Positions 50,400 through 57,690 of a DNA stretch of 64,000 bases are shown in pieces. The stretch covers positions 21,019 to 85,018 of IMG/VR virus record IMGVR_UViG_3300013947_000034, one strand, 5' to 3'. Below the pieces are notes generated by a model that had not been told where the DNA came from, made no database searches, and worked only from the letters and a program-made list of their open reading frames with translations. A program made the translations under genes and the position numbers. The stretch is from a virus. Lineage: Duplodnaviria > Caudoviricetes. The stretch's first letter is position 1. Each line of letters opens with the position of its first letter.

Positions 50400-50407
50400 C
50401 AAAGATA
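50400..50407 (-). promoter_or_regulatory. Bacteroidetes-type -7 promoter element at head of late operon
   Basis: TATCTTTG upstream of 50262 start. Confidence 0.55.
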
Positions 50408-50490
50408 TATATAAATAATGTACGTGCTACTACTGTTAGTCTTCATTTGTTAAGATTAACAAACTGAAACGATTAGTGTTATACATATCA

Positions 50491-50510
50491 ATACCTTTTA
50501 CAGGGCGGCT
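50491..50510 (+). repeat. 20-bp motif copy 16 (perfect, 3 nt past RepL-like stop)
   Basis: ATACCTTTTACAGGGCGGCT. Confidence 0.9.
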
Positions 50511-50513
50511 AGA

Positions 50514-51029
50514 TTATCTAACACTTCTACTAGTAAGGTCTTTAACACCAAAAGCAACTTTATTAGTCGGATTAGTATTATGATTATCAATAGTTGTAGG
50601 AATGTCTAGAAACTCTTCAAATTCAAGAGCTTTAAATTCATTAATAACAACACCAGCAGTATTATTAATATCTTTAATAGTACTATTAACTTGTTCATTC
50701 CAATTATCTATATTAATATTTCTAACAACCAAAGGATTAAGAAGATACCAATTACGATTAGGCTTAACTACATTCGGATAATCAGCAACAATATCTTGCC
50801 ATCTACACATACAATGATTATCTATAAGAATTTTAATAGCATTTCTTATAGTCTTATCATCCTTAACACCTAAAGCTTTACTAATTCCTTTAACTTCAAG
50901 TTCAACAGTAGTTTGATTAGTATATAAATTAGCAGATACATACTCAAGTATTCTTCTAGCTGTATTATCTTTTATATTAAACGCTACAGCAGGATTATAA
51001 TAATTAATATTGTAATCAAAATTCTTCAT
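50514..51029 (-). CDS. RepL-like winged-helix protein
   Basis: ISKALG...TIRNAIKIL HTH followed by WYLLNP. Confidence 0.55.
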   Translation of the reverse strand: MKNFDYNINYYNPAVAFNIKDNTARRILEYVSANLYTNQTTVELEVKGISKALGVKDDKTIRNAIKILIDNHCMCRWQDIVADYPNVVKPNRNWYLLNPLVVRNINIDNWNEQVNSTIKDINNTAGVVINEFKALEFEEFLDIPTTIDNHNTNPTNKVAFGVKDLTSRSVR

Positions 51030-51030
51030 A

Positions 51031-51588
51031 TTAATAATTAGTTATTATAACTTTACCATTATCATTAAGTTCTCCTTTTCGATTACCATATAACATATTA
51101 TAATCTACAGCAAATAAATCAACATCACCATTAAACAATAAATTATGATTTACAATATAAGTATTAGGTTTATTTGTTCTAACTAAAACATTTAATTCTT
51201 TTCTATAACAAATACTATGTATTATAGTTTTAGCATGTTCAATAGTACAGTTTAGTTTATAGCCTATACTTTCATAATCTACAACATAAATATTAGAATT
51301 ATATGGAAGAGTTGTTCCGATATAAAGCATAGTACGAATTTCATCAACATGTAAATTACCATTATTAATAATAGCTTCACTTAATTTTTGATTAATTCTA
51401 AAAGTACTAGGAACATTATGAGGAACATATAATTTACAAGTTTCTATAAAATCAAATAAATCATAATCTTCATTATCTTTAGGAAGAATAACATCATATA
51501 TTGTTGGAACAATATAAGCACTTTTAATTCTAGCAGCTCGTTGTGCTACAAATTGAATGCGATAAGCAGAATAATCGTCTAGTTTCAT
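51031..51588 (-). CDS. RepL-like winged-helix protein
   Basis: ESIGYKLNCTIEHAKTII HTH and TYIVNHNLLFNG (RepL-type Y-x-VNP-x3-F-x-G). Confidence 0.65.
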   Translation of the reverse strand: MKLDDYSAYRIQFVAQRAARIKSAYIVPTIYDVILPKDNEDYDLFDFIETCKLYVPHNVPSTFRINQKLSEAIINNGNLHVDEIRTMLYIGTTLPYNSNIYVVDYESIGYKLNCTIEHAKTIIHSICYRKELNVLVRTNKPNTYIVNHNLLFNGDVDLFAVDYNMLYGNRKGELNDNGKVIITNY

Positions 51589-51622
51589 AATCTTATTTAT
51601 TTTAATTGTTAAAATGATTTTG

Positions 51623-51692
51623 CAAATATATTAATAATTTGTTAATAAATGACATTATATTTACTATATTATATATTAATAATGTATATTTG
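51623..51692. promoter_or_regulatory. Divergent pair of TATATTTG promoters
   Basis: Minus 51623-51630 toward RepL-like genes; plus 51685-51692 toward ncRNA candidate. Confidence 0.6.
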
Positions 51693-52012
51693 CAGTCGCA
51701 GACCTACATAGCAGAATAATAGTTGTTCAAATAGTTACAACTACTGTAACTCGACCTGCTAATGAACTTGTATTAGATTGAGTGTTACTCATGGTTTACA
51801 AGAGTTAGCAATAAGTCTGTGAGGGCTTCTTGGTTCTCCTTTCATTTAAAGCTAAAAAGCAAGGTGGAAAGACTCTTACAAGAAGTTGAGAATTATGTAA
51901 TCAAAACAAAGTTTTTGACCAGAGTATACTCTTATACTCAAGAGATACTATATTCACTAAAGAAATAAATAATAAAGTAGCTGTTGGATAAATTAATCTA
52001 ACAGCTATTATT
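51693..52012 (+). ncRNA. Candidate structured non-coding RNA at the strand switch
   Basis: TATATTTG promoter at 51685, nested stems, no ORF longer than 5 codons, 12-bp terminator-like hairpin at 51978-52007. Confidence 0.5.
51978..52012 (+). terminator. Terminator-like hairpin closing ncRNA candidate
   Basis: TAGCTGTTGGAT/ATCTAACAGCTA followed by TTATTG. Confidence 0.6.
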
Positions 52013-52590
52013 GTATATAATAATATCAGTAATAATAATTGTAGTGTTGTTGAAGAAGATAATAATGATGAATATAATAATTAGGCGATGATAGTAAAGA
52101 TAATTATAATATAAATAATGATGGTATTGATAATTATAATATAAATAATTGTAAGGGAGGACATAAAATAGATAGTATAGATAATAATAATGATGAAATT
52201 GGTAATAATGAAACTGATAATAGAGATAATGAAGAAATTAATGATGATAAAGTTGAAAATGATGATAAAGAAATTAATAAAGATGAAGAAAATAATAAAG
52301 ATAAAGAAGTTGAAGTTACTGATGAAGTTACTTATGAAGTTAAAGCTACTGATAATAAAGTTGCTGATAAAGTTACTGATGATGATGAAAGTGATTTATA
52401 TAATTGTAAGGAAGGAAGTATGTACTACTGCCCCCGGTCTTCGATAAGCTAATTGAATGCCCCCCCCCCTACTCATCAACAACTGAAAAATCATTGTCAT
52501 GCAACAACTAAAAAAGTCTTGGCTGGAGAAAATCTTCATGCTAGTAGTAGACGAGCTGCTACTTATTGTTTTACTCCTAATTATATTCAA

Positions 52591-53085
52591 ATGGAGACAA
52601 CTATTATTTCTGCTAGTATTCGTGTTAATGCTGAGACTGGTGCTCGCACCGTAGTTATGAACACTGCTGATGAATTTGATTTCATTGATTCAGCAAATGG
52701 TTTTGCTCATGGCAAGCGTAAGATGATTGTTATATCAATGAAGCAGTTGCTTCACTTCATTAATGAAGCTGATAGTGAGCTTGGTGATGATATTGCATTC
52801 ATGGCTATGGCTACTAACCCAACTAATGCTCAGTTTGAGGATTTACTTATGGGTGCTAAAGTTGACATTGCTCAACAAGAACGTAGTGCTGGTGAGCAAT
52901 ACGAAGCTAATGGTCAGCAAATTATTGCAACTTATGATAGTATTCATATTTCTCAGTTTACTATTAATGCTGTTAGTCCTGTTGGTCGCTATGCCATTGA
53001 TTACAATGGTATTCCTGATGCTTATGCTACTACTAAGGAACGTAGAGTAGCTTGGAATACTACTCGCAAAGCTCTTCGTGCTTAA
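52591..53085 (+). CDS. First early gene, 164 aa, paralogue of 54293-54784
   Basis: ATG at 52591 preferred over TTG 52453; strong codon bias; shares L-x-GAK...Q...AG..Y...DS pattern. Confidence 0.75.
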   Translation: METTIISASIRVNAETGARTVVMNTADEFDFIDSANGFAHGKRKMIVISMKQLLHFINEADSELGDDIAFMAMATNPTNAQFEDLLMGAKVDIAQQERSAGEQYEANGQQIIATYDSIHISQFTINAVSPVGRYAIDYNGIPDAYATTKERRVAWNTTRKALRA

Positions 53086-53091
53086 TATGGT

Positions 53092-53123
53092 GAAGCTGCT
53101 CTGGCTTAGGCTAGAGTGGCTTC
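53092..53123 (+). terminator. 14-bp hairpin after first early gene
   Basis: GAAGCTGCTCTGGC-TTAG-GCTAGAGTGGCTTC, weak U tract. Confidence 0.5.
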
Positions 53124-53279
53124 TCATGTTGCTACTTGTCAACAAGAAAGAACAAGTACTCGACAAGAACTAAAAAGGTCTTGTCAACAAGAACAAAAAA
53201 GGCTTTGATGTGGAATTGGCTTATAGTGAAAGTAAGCGTTCTACTACTGATAAATGTTTAATTAAATAAGGAGAACTTT

Positions 53280-53510
53280 ATGAATAAATTAATGATTTTA
53301 GCAATATTAGTTGCTTATAAGGCTTTTAATGATAAAAGTCTTAAACTTACTGTTAAAGAGGGTAATGTAATTTATGTTATTCCTAGTATTACAATTGATG
53401 ATATATGTGCTGATGGTAGCATTGATATTATAATTGTTGATGAGAATAATAATGCTCGTCTTAGAACTATTTATGTTGATGATATTGTGAGTGTAGAGTT
53501 TGTAAAGTAG
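53280..53510 (+). CDS. Small early protein
   Basis: 76 aa, preceded by AAGGAG and AT-rich leader. Confidence 0.7.
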   Translation: MNKLMILAILVAYKAFNDKSLKLTVKEGNVIYVIPSITIDDICADGSIDIIIVDENNNARLRTIYVDDIVSVEFVK

Positions 53511-53518
53511 TTTATAAT

Positions 53519-53824
53519 GTGTTTTATAGTGAAAGAGAAGGAGATCCCGTTAAACTAAGTGTTCCTCTTCCTATTCCTTCTTCTTCACTTTCAAATCCTT
53601 ATTTTATTATCATTATTAATATTATAACTCTTACTAATGTTCTTAGTATTACTTATATTATTTGTCGAACTCATAATGATATTGCTAATGAACGTCTTGT
53701 TAAGACTTATCATATTAATCATCTGATTATTAATCATTTAGATGGTACTAAAGTTATTTTTGATGATAGCATCACTGTTGTTATTTTTGAAGATAATTGT
53801 ACTGTTATTCCTGATAATCAATAA
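53519..53824 (+). CDS. Small early membrane protein
   Basis: 101 aa with one hydrophobic segment. Confidence 0.6.
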   Translation: MFYSEREGDPVKLSVPLPIPSSSLSNPYFIIIINIITLTNVLSITYIICRTHNDIANERLVKTYHINHLIINHLDGTKVIFDDSITVVIFEDNCTVIPDNQ

Positions 53825-53827
53825 GTT

Positions 53828-53952
53828 ATGGCACTTGATGATTTTACTCTCTTGATACTAGTGATACTGGTATTGATTATGCTTGTCAAGCTAATGCTGA
53901 TGAGTATAGAATATGTATGTCATGTTTTATAATTATACTAATGTTAGATTAA
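53828..53952 (+). pseudogene. Small acidic ORF broken by a -1 frameshift at a T4 run (or assembly error)
   Basis: ATG 53828; the -1 frame from 53845 has genome-typical codons and stops 1 nt before the next ATG. Confidence 0.45.
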
Positions 53953-53953
53953 A

Positions 53954-54154
53954 ATGAAAGAATTATATAAGATTTATTTTAGACTTATACTTATCGCTTG
54001 TGTAGGTCTTGGAATTATTCTTACTCTTCATGGTTATAACGAAGTTGAAGATAGTTTTGATGGTTTTAATTATGCTGGAGTTATACTTATTTGTGTAGGT
54101 GTAGCATTAACTGTAATAGATGAACTTAATAATAAAGATAAAGATATAAAGTAA
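53954..54154 (+). CDS. Small two-TM membrane protein
   Basis: 66 aa, two hydrophobic helices. Confidence 0.7.
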   Translation: MKELYKIYFRLILIACVGLGIILTLHGYNEVEDSFDGFNYAGVILICVGVALTVIDELNNKDKDIK

Positions 54155-54208
54155 ATAAGTAATCTATTGTGTAATAAACTGGTTCTGTTTTTGCAGAATG
54201 TATGTTTG

Positions 54209-54240
54209 CTAGTACGGTTCGTGAGAATAGTACTAGTTTT
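54209..54240 (+). terminator. Intrinsic terminator
   Basis: CTAGTAC-G-GTTC-GTGA-GAAT-A-GTACTAG followed by TTTT. Confidence 0.7.
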
Positions 54241-54292
54241 AATAAAGATAGTGTTAATCAATTAATATATTAATCATTTAAATTAAACAATT

Positions 54293-54784
54293 ATGGATAC
54301 AAAGAAAGTTATTGCTGGGCTGACTAGCGTTAAGACTAACAATGTAGTTAAAGATGTAGTAGTTCGTAACATTAATGTTACAGAGTTGGAGAATTATAAT
54401 CGAGTAAGTATTACTCTTGACAAACCAGTTAAGGGTATGATTGCTCAAGAAGATGGTTCTTATGTCGAAAGTGAGACTAATGTTATCTTTGTTGGTAACT
54501 ATTCTATTGTCGCTGCTCTTCGTGAGAATCCAGATGTTGCGTTTTGTGGCAATCATTTGATTATGCATCCACAAGCTCTTAATGTTATTCTTAGTGGTGC
54601 TAAGATTAATGTTATTCAGGAAGCTGTAACTGCTGGTCAAATGTATACTAATCCATTTAGTACTAATGCTACTCCTACTCCTGTTCAGCATGATTCTTAT
54701 TACAATCATGTATATGATATTCGTTTGAGTACATTTGGTCTCAAGATGCTTGATAAGCTTGCTGAGAAGATGTTGTTTGACTAA
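54293..54784 (+). CDS. Conserved early protein, 163 aa, paralogue of 52591-53085
   Basis: Strong codon bias, followed by hairpin terminator. Confidence 0.8.
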   Translation: MDTKKVIAGLTSVKTNNVVKDVVVRNINVTELENYNRVSITLDKPVKGMIAQEDGSYVESETNVIFVGNYSIVAALRENPDVAFCGNHLIMHPQALNVILSGAKINVIQEAVTAGQMYTNPFSTNATPTPVQHDSYYNHVYDIRLSTFGLKMLDKLAEKMLFD

Positions 54785-54797
54785 TTATTATTATTGT

Positions 54798-54838
54798 TGC
54801 TAGTGGTAGTATTATTTATACTGCTACTGCTAGCATTT
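54798..54838 (+). terminator. Terminator after 54784 gene
   Basis: TGCTAG-TGGTAGTAT/ATACTGCTA-CTAGCA followed by TTTATTT. Confidence 0.65.
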
Positions 54839-54872
54839 ATTTATTAACAAATTAATTATAAGGAGAATTTAT

Positions 54873-55061
54873 ATGTGCAATAGATATTTCTTTACTTCTT
54901 CACGCACTAAAGAAAGAGCTGAAGGATATGTGTTTATTTCTACTAGTAAAGATGAAGCTTATGCTAAGAAATTAGCTAAAGCTCGCTTTAAGATTTATGG
55001 TTATAAAGGTAGACCTATTAGAATAACTCCTCTTAGTGCTATTAAACTAGGAGTTATATAA
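54873..55061 (+). CDS. Small basic early protein
   Basis: 62 aa, AAGGAG leader. Confidence 0.7.
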   Translation: MCNRYFFTSSRTKERAEGYVFISTSKDEAYAKKLAKARFKIYGYKGRPIRITPLSAIKLGVI

Positions 55062-55076
55062 TATTCTTAATATTAT

Positions 55077-55096
55077 AGCCGCCCTGTAAAAGGTAT
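55077..55096 (-). repeat. 20-bp motif copy 17 (perfect, intergenic)
   Basis: AGCCGCCCTGTAAAAGGTAT on + strand. Confidence 0.9.
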
Positions 55097-55142
55097 GGTT
55101 TATTATCATTATCTTTGCATTGTAATTATAAATGATATAACT

Positions 55143-55289
55143 ATGACTGATAATGATTTTGATTTAAATGCTCAAGACATCGACCAATACTGTGTAACTC
55201 ATGATATTGATGATTATGATTTATTCGGTGAAATTATGGCTGAGGATGGTGATAGTTCTGGCTTTGGTGATGATATTGAGTTTGAGTAA
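55143..55289 (+). CDS. Very acidic 48-aa peptide
   Basis: ATG 55143 (MTDNDFDL); track start 55095 lies in a repeat copy. Confidence 0.6.
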   Translation: MTDNDFDLNAQDIDQYCVTHDIDDYDLFGEIMAEDGDSSGFGDDIEFE

Positions 55290-55313
55290 ATAACAATTAA
55301 ACATAAGAGAATT

Positions 55314-55742
55314 ATGGCAAAAGTAAACGAAACTCTTAGTGCTTCCGACAAATGTAGAAGAACTAAGCTTAGTAAGAAAAGTTCTGATGAACTTATTAGT
55401 ATCATTCTTCGTAAAGATGATACTGAGCGCAGACATAGTAAGCAAATTGAGACTTATAAAAAGCTTCAAACGCTTAATGAAAAGAGAGTTGAAACTCTTA
55501 AAGCAACTATTGAAAATCAAGAGAATATCAATAAGTCTCTTGAGCAGACTGTAATCGCTAAAGATGCAACTATCAATACTCTTGATAAAACCGTTGATTC
55601 TAAGGATTCTAGAATTGATAATTTAACTAAAGGTTATAATAATCTTTATAATGCTAATGTTAAAGCTAAACGTGATTTACGTTATGCTACTATAGCAATA
55701 GCTATTCTTACAGTCGCTCTTGTAATTGCTATTGTGTTGTAA
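55314..55742 (+). CDS. Tail-anchored coiled-coil membrane protein
   Basis: Long coiled coil, C-terminal TM YATIAIAILTVALVIAIVL. Confidence 0.75.
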   Translation: MAKVNETLSASDKCRRTKLSKKSSDELISIILRKDDTERRHSKQIETYKKLQTLNEKRVETLKATIENQENINKSLEQTVIAKDATINTLDKTVDSKDSRIDNLTKGYNNLYNANVKAKRDLRYATIAIAILTVALVIAIVL

Positions 55743-55771
55743 TACGCATCTGATATTTATATAAATCTGCT

Positions 55772-55812
55772 AACCACTATTGCTTGTGAAAGTAGTAGTG
55801 GTTTTATTGTTT
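55772..55812 (+). terminator. Intrinsic terminator
   Basis: AACCACTATTGCTT-GTGA-AAGTAGTAGTGGTT followed by TTATTGTTT. Confidence 0.8.
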
Positions 55813-55828
55813 AATTAAATCTATAATT

Positions 55829-56014
55829 ATGGGTAAAATTAAGAATGTAATTACTGGACTTATTATTAAAGGAGAACTTTATAATGTTTGTCCTAATGGT
55901 GTTAAATGTCCTAATTGTGCAATTAAAGATTATTGTATGAAAGGACTTGGAAACATAGTACAATTTGATTGTGCTAGTGCTCATCTTGAAAAAGTTGAAA
56001 ATAAAGCTGTTTAA
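55829..56014 (+). CDS. Small Cys-rich (possible zinc-binding) protein
   Basis: C-x5-C-x2-C-x5-C cluster. Confidence 0.65.
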   Translation: MGKIKNVITGLIIKGELYNVCPNGVKCPNCAIKDYCMKGLGNIVQFDCASAHLEKVENKAV

Positions 56015-56017
56015 GAT

Positions 56018-56149
56018 ATGAATAAAGTAACTGTTCTTCCTTCTCCTCCTGATGTCATTGTTCTTAATGATGATGTTCTTGCTGATATTTATAATGATAT
56101 GCAAGCAGACCAAGCACTTATGCTTGAGCAATCAGGCATTTATGAGTAA
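56018..56149 (+). CDS. 43-aa acidic peptide (below ORF-track cutoff)
   Basis: MNKVTVLPSPPDVIVLNDDVLADIYNDMQADQALMLEQSGIYE, typical codons, 3 nt after previous stop. Confidence 0.6.
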   Translation: MNKVTVLPSPPDVIVLNDDVLADIYNDMQADQALMLEQSGIYE

Positions 56150-56234
56150 AATTCGATTTAAGCGATATTTCCTAGGTTTCACAGCCCTCAATTAGTTTGG
56201 TTGATAAGTTATTCACTAAATTAATTTGAGGGCT
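56148..56234. repeat. Composite element, intergenic copy
   Basis: TCGATTTAAGCG, AGCCCTCAA/TTGAGGGCT stem around TGATAAGTTATTCAC (56202-56216). Confidence 0.75.
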
Positions 56235-56263
56235 TTATGTGAGAAAATAAAATATTAAATAAC

Positions 56264-56506
56264 TTGATAGTTGTAACTCAAGCTCAATTAAAGAATAAAG
56301 ATACAGAAGCATTGGTGCTTATACGTAATGAAATTAAAAGTCAATTTAATACTATTGTAATTGATTATTTTGTTATAAGTGCTATTGCTGAAATTCTTTA
56401 TAATCGTTTTAAAGATAAACATCATGATATAATATATAAAACAAGTATTATTAATGATGAAGTTCGTAAACCTTTTAATATAAGAATAAACTATGGTAAA
56501 AAATAA
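56264..56506 (+). CDS. Small early protein (TTG start)
   Basis: 80 aa, overlaps next gene. Confidence 0.55.
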   Translation: MIVVTQAQLKNKDTEALVLIRNEIKSQFNTIVIDYFVISAIAEILYNRFKDKHHDIIYKTSIINDEVRKPFNIRINYGKK

Positions 56507-57308
56507 AGAATTAGCTGTTGGTAGTATTGTAGAATATAATGGTAATAAATATAAAGTGTTAGCTGATTTAGGATGTCCTGATTGTTCTGTAATAAGTATT
56601 TGTCCTAAAACTTGTATGCACAGTCGTGAATTACCAAAACTTAGTCCTGATACTTTTGATAATATTTTTGGTAAATGTTCTTTTTCTGAACGTAATGATG
56701 ACCAATCTGTTGTATTTAAGGAAATAAAGGATGATACATCTACACCTTTTACAGGGGGGCTAGAACAAGCAGACAGCAGCGAAGCTGATGCCGGTACTGA
56801 TAATAATATTCAAAATGTATTTCCTTTATATAAAGATAATAATACCGTTAAAACTATTGTTGTTGATATTCCAAAAGATTATGAGGTTGACATGGAAACT
56901 AGTAGTTTAGTTAAAGGTATTATTAATTTTAAGAAGAAGTATATTAATATTGGTGATGTTTACGATAAACTTAATTCTACAAACATTGTTAGTTACGCAA
57001 AATATGTAAAATATACTAGTGGTCCATCAACAGAAGAAGAACTTAATAAAAACAATTATCTTATTAATTTGGCTAATCTTATGGATATAGCTCAATATTA
57101 TAACGGTGATTGGAAACTAAACTTTAAAGAGTTTGCTCCTAGATATTTCATTAAATTTGATATTACTTCTAATCATTTTAGTGTAGGTCATTGTATGCAA
57201 ACTAATAGTCATTATGTTTATTTTAAGAACAAAGAAGATTGTCAAGCTGTAATTGACAATCCTAATTTTAAAGAAATACTTAATATTATATATGGAAATA
57301 AGAACTAA
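56493..57308 (+). CDS. Two-domain early protein with Cys-rich N-domain
   Basis: 271 aa; acidic linker contains a 20-bp repeat copy. Confidence 0.7.
   Translation: MVKNKELAVGSIVEYNGNKYKVLADLGCPDCSVISICPKTCMHSRELPKLSPDTFDNIFGKCSFSERNDDQSVVFKEIKDDTSTPFTGGLEQADSSEADAGTDNNIQNVFPLYKDNNTVKTIVVDIPKDYEVDMETSSLVKGIINFKKKYINIGDVYDKLNSTNIVSYAKYVKYTSGPSTEEELNKNNYLINLANLMDIAQYYNGDWKLNFKEFAPRYFIKFDITSNHFSVGHCMQTNSHYVYFKNKEDCQAVIDNPNFKEILNIIYGNKN
56742..56761 (+). repeat. 20-bp motif copy 18 (in CDS, TPFTGGL)
   Basis: ACACCTTTTACAGGGGGGCT. Confidence 0.85.
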
Positions 57309-57465
57309 TGATAAGATTAATGTTGTCGGTAATGACGATAACGATTGTATTGATTATAAAGCCAAACTATACGATACGTTTCTACCTGTAGATGGCTATG
57401 ACGGTAAAGCTAATCGTAGAGCTAGACGTAAATATGAAATTCGTAAAAAGAAAGGAAGATTATGA
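57292..57465 (+). CDS. Small protein with basic C-terminus
   Basis: ATG 57292 (MEIRTND). Confidence 0.55.
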   Translation: MEIRTNDKINVVGNDDNDCIDYKAKLYDTFLPVDGYDGKANRRARRKYEIRKKKGRL

Positions 57466-57683
57466 GAGTAGCTTATTATTTTAAGTTTAATACTCGTAAA
57501 GGTTTTAAAATGATTTATTATCTTATGAGATTAAGTAATGCTAGTTTTGCTAGAGTACTTGTTGATATGATTAGAATTAGACATGATGATATGAATAATG
57601 TCATATCTGAACTTGATTCTATGGAAAAGGAAAATAAAGATATTCTTAGTGAACTTATCAAAACTGGTTATGTATATCCTTAA
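57462..57683 (+). CDS. Small early protein
   Basis: 73 aa, 4-nt overlap. Confidence 0.6.
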   Translation: MRVAYYFKFNTRKGFKMIYYLMRLSNASFARVLVDMIRIRHDDMNNVISELDSMEKENKDILSELIKTGYVYP

Positions 57684-57690
57684 ACTTTTA

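Noticed and set aside
51725-51732. GTTCAAAT T-loop-like sequence suggesting a tRNA
   Set aside because: No T-stem pairing or cloverleaf; no tRNA genes recognised anywhere in the window
52190-52447. 85-aa Met/Lys/Ile/Leu-rich ORF in the track
   Set aside because: Off-frame reading of the GAT/AAT tract with atypical codons
52453-52590. 46-aa N-terminal extension of the first early gene
   Set aside because: TTG start runs through the poly-C tract; ATG 52591 has an AT-rich leader and matches the paralogue length
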